DNA of 64,000 bases from Octopus vulgaris. Taxonomy: Eukaryota. The notes under the pieces are model-generated. The model saw only the letters and a list, made by a program, of their open reading frames with translations, searched no databases and had not been told where the DNA came from. The stretch lies in the NCBI GenBank assembly GCA_951406725.2, contig OX597822.1, forward strand, positions 74,400,001 through 74,464,000. Reading direction: 5' to 3'. Each line of letters starts with the position of its first letter. Position 1 is the stretch's first letter. The translations under genes and the position numbers were made by a program. Shown here in pieces: positions 53,333 through 64,000 of the stretch.

Positions 53333-54728
53333 AGTGAATCTTATTGAATAAATATTCTGAATCAAATATGATATATATTACTGGTTTATTTTAGAAACCA
53401 TATTTCAGTGGCGGAGCTAGTGTATTTCATTCACCAGGATTAATGATTCGAGTCTAACTAAATAAACTTTTCGCTGATACGATACTAGGGTTGTGTTACA
53501 GTGTATTAACATCTGTTAAAGCTTAACCAGCATAGCTATACCGTTGCAGTATAATATCATTGGATATATTATCTCACCAATTTCGTTCCATAGTTAATAC
53601 AATGTTATTTACTTCTTATCGAAATGATAAAAATATTAGATAACAACTCTCAAGGCAGGTGACAAGTATGTAAGAATAAATTTAGTTTTCAAAGCTGCTC
53701 TCTCTCATAAGACTGCATCTTTTATACTGCTTATATGAATATCACACCATTTCAAGAATCAAAGAGTTGCAGAAAAAATACAATTTCAAAAGGATTTATG
53801 CATTCTATGCTTTTCTTTTAAAATATACGTGGAATCTCCATGGAGATTGCTAATTATTTATCATTCTTCAATTTCTTCATTTTTCTTCTTCACTGCTCTT
53901 CGTGTTTCTTATTCTTTTCTATTTATTCATAAATAATTTTTTTGTCTTTTACATTCATCGCTATCTGTTCTTCAATTCAAACATTTTTTTTTATTCTCAT
54001 TCTTAATTTCACTGTTAAATGATCGTTCATACTTTTCTTCTTTTCTTCTCTTTCATTTTTCTTCTCCTCTTCACCCTCACCATCCGTCATGCTATTTCTC
54101 CTTAATTACTTTATTTCACTTTTCTTCTTCCTTATCCTTGAATATTCCTTCATTTTCTTCTTGTTCTTATTCATCTCCCACCTCAACGTTTCCATCTTCG
54201 TCTTTATTTTCTCTTTCTTTTCACTCCTCCTTTCTCTTCATCCTTTCAAACCACTCTTCCTCTTCCCCTATACCTCATTTTCGTCTCTTTTCTCTTTTTA
54301 CCATTAATTATTTTTATCTTCTATTTTTCTTCCTAGATTAGCTATTCCTTATACAAACAGAGTTTCAGGCAGGTGCCATCAGCCCACGAATATATGTAAA
54401 CTGATGAAGCCGGACCAGACCAGATCAGAAGAGAAACAGAGCAGACCCGCCCCGCTCTTTTACTGGAACTCGCCAAACCTTCGTAAAGTGGCATCCATTT
54501 ACTTTTGGGAAGTTTGGAATAAGTGATTCTCCGCAACATCCATCTAGTCTAATTCCTTGTATACCTACCGACCTACCTACCTACCTTAACTATCTATATA
54601 TCAACCAGTATATATTGTAATATGTATATGTGTATGTGTGCATGTGTGTGTATGTGTGTGTATCTGTGTACATATTCACATATACATATATATGAGAGCG
54701 TCTGTGGATACATACATACTGTGAATAT

Positions 54729-54778
<50 letters not shown>

Positions 54779-54789
54779 GTGTGTGTATA

Positions 54790-54872
<83 letters not shown>

Positions 54873-54877
54873 GTATG

Positions 54878-54929
<52 letters not shown>

Positions 54930-55293
54930 TAAATATATATGTGTATATATATATATATGTCTGTGTGTGTATGCATGCATATATATATGCATGTATGTAT
55001 CCATACACAGACACATATATCCACACACATGCACACATAAACACACTCACATATATATAGAGAGAGGAGGTGCAATACACACATACACACATATATATAC
55101 ACACATATATATTCACACACAAACAAGCACACACACACACACACACACATACATATATATTGATGAGAAAATGGGAAGAAACCATCAACATCATCGTCGT
55201 TGTTACCATCATCACCGTCGTGGTAATGATCGTCGTCATCATCATCGTCGCCATCATCATCAACACCATCACCAACACCACACCATCACTATT

Positions 55294-55343
<50 letters not shown>

Positions 55344-55548
55344 CTTCATCTGTTTCTTTCTTGGACAGTGTCGTCATCGCAGCCGCCGCCGTCGTCGTCG
55401 CCGCTCAGTTGTGTCCATCTGTTGGTGGCTGGCCGTGACAATGGCGGTGATATGTGAGGTGGAAATTCGGCGAAATAAAACTAGGGAGAAGACACTGCAA
55501 TGAGAGACAACTCTGAGATGCTCCATGTTTATTATTTCAGTAAATGAA

Positions 55549-55583
<35 letters not shown>

Positions 55584-55828
55584 AAATAAATAGATAAATG
55601 AATAAATAAATAAATAAAGCGTTATGATGTAAAATAAAATAGGATAAAACAAAGCGAGAAAGATGGAATTAAACAAAGCTAATAATAACAATAATAATAA
55701 TGATATACGGTAGAAACATCGGGTGGAGAAAAGGAAATAATAAAAGAATAGGAAGGGAGGGGAGGGGAGGAGAAGAGGAGGAGGAGGAACCTGTGTGGTA
55801 AGCAAACTTCTTACCACACAGCCACTCC

Positions 55829-55962
<134 letters not shown>

Positions 55963-55965
55963 TAT

Positions 55966-56086
55966 GGCCTGCTCGCTTAGCCCAGCGGGGTGGCGTCATT
56001 CGAAGGCTGAAACAATGCGAAGCGCATTGTGACCAGCGATGTGTAGCAACATCTGATAGCCTGGTCGGTCACGGTAGTCACGGTGA
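55966..56086 (+). mobile_element. Solo retroposon 3' tail flanked by (TA)n
   Basis: Near-identical to the reverse complement of 44718-44834, with TA repeats on both sides. Confidence 0.7.
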
Positions 56087-56135
56087 TATATATATATCCC
56101 TAATAATATTTAATTATAAAAATACAATAGCATTT

Positions 56136-56202
<67 letters not shown>

Positions 56203-57631
56203 AAATATTATTAGGGATTGTATTGAAAAAGGAATTAAAATATTTTATGTATCGCAGAAGCATAACCAATTTATTGCAGATAAATTTTAGCAACAAAATC
56301 TTATTTGGATCCCCTCCCCCACCAAGGATCTTATGGACGCTGGTTGAGAACCACTGGTGTAGAAATTAGGAATGATAAGAAGAGGAGTGGTGTGTATAAC
56401 AGTTTAAACGGGAAAGTGGTGGGGGTTGACTTGTTAAGATTAGGATCAGAATCTTCTGTAATAACTGGAGAAAACACAGCACATTGATGGTTGATTGGCT
56501 GTAGGGAGTTGGTTAGTGAGTATGGTTTTGTTGGGTTCTATCTAAGCGTGTAGAAAAGCTTTCTTGCCTGTAGAAGCATCTCCGTCTCAGATGTGCCAGG
56601 GCTAATGTAGGTCGCACTCGAGAGGGTTGTCCATGGCAAAAGTCGGTTACACTTCCCTTTTATATACTCAGTTGTGTCCAATCTGAGTTGATAACAATCA
56701 ACGAAGCAACTTGTATCACTAATGAGGCAAAGGGCTCTTTGCTTTATACTAAAAGAAAAACTGAAAGTGGTGAGGCGACAGAATTGTGACTACGTCGGGC
56801 GAAATGCTTAGCAGTTTTCTTCCGGCTTTACTTTCTCAGTTTAAATACAACTGAGATTGACTTTGCTTTTCATCCGTTCGGGGTCGATAAAATAAGTATC
56901 AGTTGAGCAAAGGAGTTGATGTGATTGACGAGCCTTCGGCTTCAAAATTCCAGACTTTGTGTCTATAGTAGAAAGAATATTAAAAAAGACTTCAACATAA
57001 AGCCAGAATCGTAACATTACAGACTCCACTCAAAGGAGAACAAACTCGCTCATCGCCATTTTATCTGTTATGAATACAAATATATTTGACACCTTTATCC
57101 ATCATTCTCTGCCCAACGGGTATTCAGGTGTTAGCTAGGGTGATTAAATGGGGTAGGGAAGAGCTCGGCGACGCAGAGATGTTTCTGAAGGATCTGTCAG
57201 GAACCAGAGTAATAAAAATATTTAATTTCTTGTCATAAATATTGAAACATTCCATAGAAGCGGTTATTGTCCCGCTTTTGTTCAAGTTTTGCTCTTTTCA
57301 TCTCACTACAGTGTAGACTTTCTCATATCAATTATAAATACATGAAACATATATTAACGCATACATATATACATGTATACGTACGTGCAAAAATCCACAT
57401 AGACATACATGAATACGTACATACACTCATACACACAGACATACATGAATACGTACATACATAGAAAGATGCACACATACATACAGACACATACATACAT
57501 GTATGGATACATGCATACATACACGATTACATACATGCACACATACACACATACACATAGACATACATGCATACATACATAGACAGACTGACACATGCAT
57601 ATATGTATGCATGTGTATGTATGTGAGCATG

Positions 57632-57678
<47 letters not shown>

Positions 57679-58543
57679 ACACACACACTTATACATATAC
57701 ACACACATACAGTTACATACAGATACATACATACATACAGACATACAGACATACACGTGTGTGTGTGTATGTATACACACGCACGCGCGCACAGTCGCAT
57801 ATAGACAGAGAAATTTAGATATGGCTGTGAAAATATGAATGCGTATATAAATAGCCGTATACACACAAATAAAATGATGCGTATGCGTAAGTATATATAC
57901 ATATATATATATATATATATAATGTATATGTACACACGTGTATACAATGGGGCAGCATCTGTTTAATGGAATAAAACATCTTCATCTCCATCACCAACTC
58001 CTCCACCGTTGACAAGATTGAGTAGGTCACAGAATAACAGAAAAATCTTCCTTTCTATCCAGATGTCAACCTACCCATCCACCCCCATCCTGCTCCTCAT
58101 CTCTCGCCTTCCACCCCTCCTCCTCCGCCTCCCCCTTTCTCCCTCCCTTCCTGTCATTAATCTCCCTACACTTCTCTTTTAAACCCTCCTATATTTTGTC
58201 TTTTCTTTTTTCTTCCCTTTCTTTCTTTCTTCTTCCTTTCTTTTCTTTTCTTTCTTTTCCCTAGTTCCAGTCATTGGACTGCGGCCATGCTAGAACGCCG
58301 CCTCGAAGGGTTCAGCCGAACAAATCGACCTCAGCGCTTTTCTTTTTTAAAGTCTGGCACTTATTCTATCGGTCACTTTTTGCCGATTCGCTAATGTTAC
58401 GGGGATGTAAACAAACCACACCGGTTGTCAAGCAGTGGTGGAGGATAAACACGCTCACTAAAACACAAACACGCAAACACCAACGCACAAATACGACAGG
58501 CTGCTCTCGGTTTCCTTGTACTGAATATGCTCACAGAAAAATT

Positions 58544-58588
<45 letters not shown>

Positions 58589-59567
58589 AAGAGGGAGAGA
58601 GGGAGAGAGGGGGATGGAGGGGGAGAGGGAGGACAAAGAAAGGTGAAACATTAAAACGAGAAAAATATTGAACAGTCTGATGTCAAATAAGTCAGCGTTC
58701 AATCAGCGGCGCCAAAAACAGCAGCGCCAAACCAGCTGAGCCAAAACGTCTCATAATCTCTCTCTCTCTCCACACACACACACACACACGACGGGTTTTA
58801 GCACAAGCAAATTTTCCCCACAAAGTATTGGATAACCGGAGGCGGATCGACGAAGAGATATTGTCCAAGTCGCCGTTTTGCGAGATGACATCCAGAACTA
58901 CGATGGCAGCAACGTAAAATCCTTGAGTACAGCCGCCATTGAAGGTTAAATAACACGATCATTGAAGTATGCGAACTGCAGAGCTCATTTATTGCCAAAT
59001 TCCCTATCCACACAGCCAGCCACGCTTTTTTAGTAAAATTCAGTCAAGTAAAATTCACAAGTTTACAATTGCGTTTTATTTTACCTCGTTACTATTTAAA
59101 TTTCATTTCATTTGTTTATATGAAAGAACAGAGGAAGAAACGGCGGGGAAAAAACGGTACCGTTTGGTGAGCAGAGAAGTAGAGTGTTTGTTTATTCAGA
59201 TATTTTGGTTCTATTATTATTTAGGCTGCAAACGAACTATAATTACGTAGACGAAGGATATTAAAGTTCATTCTTAAGAAAAAAAGACTTCTGTCTTAAA
59301 ATGTATTTCATAAAATCAAAATAAATCATCTATATCATTTTATATACACACACGCAAAATATACTTAGCTATCTCAGCACACGCATCACATATACATATA
59401 TGCATGTATGTATATATGCATGTATATATATATGCATATATGTATATATGCATGCATGTATGTGTATATGCATGTATGTATGTACGTATGAACGTATGTA
59501 TGTATATATGTATATATGTGTATATGTATGTATGTTTGTATGCATGTGTGCATGTATTTATGTATGT

Positions 59568-60090
59568 CATTATTCAATTTTATTTCAAGATTTCTTGAGA
59601 AAGAATCGGTTTCTAACCCAGGTCCAAGGCTCCTTCATTGGAATTTCAACATCAACAAGGTATGTATGTATGTATGTATGTATGTATGGATGGATGGATG
59701 GATGGATGGATGGATGGATGGATGGATGGATGGATGTGCTGATTTGTGTTTTATTTTATGTATGTACTCTCATGCATATAGTTTCACATCTAGACATGCT
59801 TGTATATACTTAAATGATAAACTTCTGGAAAGTTTTACAGATTTTTAGAGTTCCATGGCTTGAATCTGTAGTCTTCGAATCAGCTTTTTCCTTTCTGGTT
59901 TTGAGAAGTTTAATTCTTCAAGACTGGAATTTAGGCAGTGTGTTACACATCTCCGTGCCCCAATAATTACAGGTATGAGCCTGAACTTGTAATCTGGATA
60001 AATTAACTGTAGATTCGTCAATAGTTCAGCGTAGGTGTTCTCTTTTTCTCTGATCTTTGGTTCTATGTTAACATCCGCTGGGCAGCTGAT
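59568..60090 (-). mobile_element. 5'-truncated RLE-type non-LTR retrotransposon of a second family, in a (TACA)n tract
   Basis: Translates as ISCPADVNIEPKIREKENTYAELLTNLQLIYPDYKFRLIPVIIGA...[11 protein letters not shown], equivalent to the C-terminal RLE end of the R4-like ORF (DMTVPIDINV...KY...IPVVIGALG). TGTA repeats flank both sides. Confidence 0.75.
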
Positions 60091-60219
60091 TGTATGTATG
60101 TATGTATGTATGTATGTACGTACGTACGTATGTATGCATGCACTCACCCACCCACGCGCATACATGTATTATATATACACATATATGTATGTATGTATCA
60201 GCATACACAGAGGCATATA

Positions 60220-61090
60220 TGTGGTCTGATCAATAAGTATCCGGACTCTTGCCATAGTAACGAAGTTGAGGCATGCAGAGTGAAACCGCTTGGCACAGAT
60301 TCACCTTGAACTGTTGTGCATGCGCACTAAGTTTTAACGTTCTAGCTCACTTCCGCTGTTTACTGTAGTGCATGGAAGGATCGTCGCATAGACCATGACA
60401 GAAAGTTGAGCAGAGAATCAGCATCAAATTTTGTCAAAAGCTTGGCGATACCTGCTCAGAGACCTATGCAAAGTTTTCAAAAATCTTTCATCGTTCTCGA
60501 CACAATCAAAGTGATCTTGTGCAATTAAAACCCGAGTGTCTTTTTGGTCAGCCGAAAGCAGTTTTGGCACAAACTTGGCAGACACGTGTCTCATACACAA
60601 CTCTTCGGTGATGATGGACTGATATGAACCGTAACTTATCTGCACATCCTCTGATAACTCATGGACGATGATTCGACGTTTTCCCCTCATAGCTACACGC
60701 ACATCTGCAATGTTTTTCTCAGTTCTGCTGGTTGCGGGTCTCTGAGAAGGTTCGTGAATATCGACATATTTTGGCTATCTTGGAAACGTCTGAACCACTC
60801 CTACACATGTATGCGGCTCATACACTCCTCTCCATACACTTTCTGCAACTTTGCGTCAGCCTGAGCAGGTATCGACATGACAACTTGCTCTGTCATGGTC
60901 AATGCGACGATCACACGCTACACATGTTTCTTTCAAGCACTGCTGTAAACAGCGGAAGTGAGCTAGAACGGTAAAACTTAGTGCGCACGCACAGCAGAGG
61001 TCAAGTTGAATCTGTGCCAAGCGGCTTTACTCAGCATGCTTCAGCTTCGTTACTATGGCAACAGTCCAAATACTTATTGATCAGACCTCT
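60220..61090. mobile_element. Mariner-derived foldback element (two 5' ends head-to-head)
   Basis: TA-flanked TIRs (TGTGGTCTGATCAATAAGTA / TACTTATTGATCAGACCTCT) extend into about 250-bp inverted arms. The minus strand encodes EWFRRF...RPATS...MRHVSAKFVPKLLSADQK, and the plus arm encodes EQRISIKFCQKLGDTCSETYAK. Confidence 0.85.
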
Positions 61091-61599
61091 TATGTGTATC
61101 TATCTTTCTATCTATCTATCAACACAAAACCTTCGCTCCCCACAAATTCCAGGTCTTGCGCCTATAGTAGAAAGGATTATAAATGAACATAAAAATAAGC
61201 CTTAACATAAATATGTCCATATGCATGTATGTTTAAACGACGGGCTTCCACACACAGTCTTCTTCAACCAAATCCACTCACAAGACATTGGTCGGTCAGG
61301 AGCTATAGTAGAAGACACTTACCCAAGGTACCGCACTGTGGAACTAAACTTGATACCACATAGAGCAGGTCTATTCACACAACTTTGCCTGGTCATTTCC
61401 CCCCTTCCCCAATGCAATTTTTTTGTTGGAATTGAATCGTTTGCAGACATAGTCGATTTCCCACACAGTTTTCAATCATAATCAACAAGGCCACCTAAAG
61501 GTCTCCTTGTGAGTTGGAAAACAGAGAACGGAAACTACCTTCTTTTGTTGTTTTCTTGGTCCCCATGGGGCACCATACCTTTTTGAGATGCACAGTCAT

Positions 61600-62500
61600 T
61601 CGATGTCAAGAATATGGTGTTTATTTGATAGATTTCTCGTATTACAGTCAATGAAATATAAGTCTGTCATACTTCATTCCAAAACAACATATGTTATGGC
61701 TGATACTGCAAATGTGTTAAAGACACAATGCATATTCAACTACGGAAATAAATTCTTTTTTCTATTTTTGTGACTGTCAAAATATTAATTTCTCATTCAC
61801 CTTCTGACAGATTTCACTGAAACAGTTTTATTTTCATCTATGCCAAAATATTTGTAGAACGCAAAATAGTCTAAGCTCCTTTTTCATCATGTATTTGCTC
61901 AACTGATCGGTCCATCTCATATTGTCATTTTACTGTATTTATCCAGAAGTAACGGACATCTTAATGTCCTTGCTAAACCGCTTTACAACACTTCTATTCC
62001 CACAGCATACAATTTTAGGTCATTTTAGGACATGAACAAGAGACGGTGAATGAGCTTGGTTCTTCTTTTCCCTGTGTTGCATCCAGAATCTGATTTTATA
62101 TCACCATTCTTAAAGATAGAAAGTCCAGTAGCACTCTGGCTTTGGAATATATTTGTAGATAATGCTGTGAGGCTGGTGCTTAGTCATGGCGTTGAGGTGC
62201 ATGAGATGACAGTTTCTACAAAAATCTATAAACACATATCTGTCAACGCGGAGTCTGAAAGAGAGAAAAAAATGACAGAGCAGGCGAGAGAAAATTGATG
62301 TTTGTATTACTGCGAAACAAATGTCTCCGACAAAAAGTGTTAACCATAAACACATGCCTCAGCCACTGCATAATACAACAGTGTCTTGTCTTCAATATTA
62401 GAAATGTAATAACAAAACCGAGCAACAAAAGGAGTTGGGCAAACGCTGCAACATCTGTTTGAAAATTGTATCTTCAGTTTCTCTATTCTATTTGTTATTT
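61600..62500 (-). pseudogene. Possible highly decayed piggyBac-like transposase
   Basis: Fragment IYKYIPKPECYW (compare QYIP.KP.KYG) and an LLHF fragment, with many stops. Confidence 0.3.
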
Positions 62501-62639
62501 TTTAAAAGAAAAAAATTAGGCTTCAACAATTTGTCCACCTTCGTTTACATGATATATATATATATAATACATCAGTAATTCGCTACCACAGTCACACGTG
62601 GCATGTGTATGTTTGGTGTATGGGTGTTAGCGTGTATAC

Positions 62640-62731
<92 letters not shown>

Positions 62732-62792
62732 CTATGTATGTATATATATAGATGTATGTATGCATGTATGTATGTATGTATAAATATTTATG

Positions 62793-62823
<31 letters not shown>

Positions 62824-62963
62824 GCTAATATATACATATATGTGCATAAATACCCAAATACCCACTCAAACAGACATATGAATACATATTCATACATACG
62901 TATGTACATACACGCACACATCCACAGGCACACACATATGTATGTATTATGTATGTATGTGTA

Positions 62964-63014
<51 letters not shown>

Positions 63015-63171
63015 TATCTTGTGTTTATATTTGCTATATATATATATATATTTGTTTGTGTGTGTGTGTGTATAAACATATATGTGTATACTTGCATACA
63101 CATACTTACACATATATATATACATACATACATACACATACTCTCACACACACATATACATACATGCACAC

Positions 63172-63202
<31 letters not shown>

Positions 63203-63871
63203 CATACATACATACATACTTGCATACATGCATGCTTACATATATGTGTATGTGTGTATATGCATATATGCATGCATAATTAGTGAGATCGAGTGGGAGA
63301 GAAAAAGTGCAAAACAGGTGCTTATGCGCATTTATTTATGCACGCATGCATACACACGCTCACACACTCATATATATATACACACACACTGATCCAAATC
63401 TATACACCTTATCACAATGCATATGTACAATACAAGATGTGTATATATATGTATACAATTGCAGAAGGTCAGCAAATTTTGAAACAAAGTACCCCACCAC
63501 CACCACCACCACCATCACCCACCACCCACCATCCACCACTACCACCGCCAGCACCAGCAGCATCACTGCTTACATCTAACTCAACATGTCAACTTGGAAG
63601 TGATGATGAAGTCATCACACGAGTTATCAAATGTTTTCTGTATCCCACACAAGGAAACTGAGTCAAATTTCTATTCTCTGTGTCGCTCCCTATACACACA
63701 CACACACACAAACACACACACACGAATATGTGTGTATGTGTGTGTGTGTAGTGTGTAGGCTTGGAGACGCAAACAGGAAAATAGAACTCAAAACATGAGT
63801 ACATATATATGTATGTATGCATGTATGTATGTATGTATGTATGTATGTATGTATGTATGTATGTATGTATG

Positions 63872-63903
<32 letters not shown>

Positions 63904-64000
63904 TGTATGTATGTATGTATGTATTATGTATGTATGTATATATATATATCATTATTACATTATTACTATTATTAATATTTGGAAGAAGTAACAGAGTGAC

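Noticed and set aside
54355-54440. CTGATGG/CTGATGA...GAAA hammerhead-like strings on both strands
   Set aside because: No convincing stem I or stem II pairing.

Overview
AT-rich, repeat-dense animal genomic DNA with no recognisable host protein-coding exon. The SINE set and extreme microsatellite load suggest a cephalopod, probably Octopus (inference). The only long coding region is a near-complete, minus-strand non-LTR retrotransposon (Myb-like N-terminus, RT, CCHC, restriction-like endonuclease; R4/Dong-type), split by one homopolymer frameshift and ending in a (TAA)n tract. The rest is three abundant tRNA-derived SINE groups; degenerate mariner, pogo, hAT, Helitron, L1/Tx1 and CR1/Jockey-like remnants; and an intron-containing tRNA-Met(CAT) that has lost its 5' acceptor strand. 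The most interesting signal is about nine minimal type-I hammerhead-like motifs. Four belong to one short repeat family that joins a tRNA-derived Pol III head to a hammerhead-bearing tail; one copy has a 12-bp TSD and an inverted terminal segment, which suggests a Penelope-mobilised SINE/retrozyme. Several retroposon ends sit in particular microsatellites (TAA, TACA, TA). Two unrelated mariner derivatives share a head-to-head foldback design. All calls were read by eye and boundaries are approximate unless a TSD or TIR is quoted. Most ORFs in the supplied track are microsatellite artefacts.
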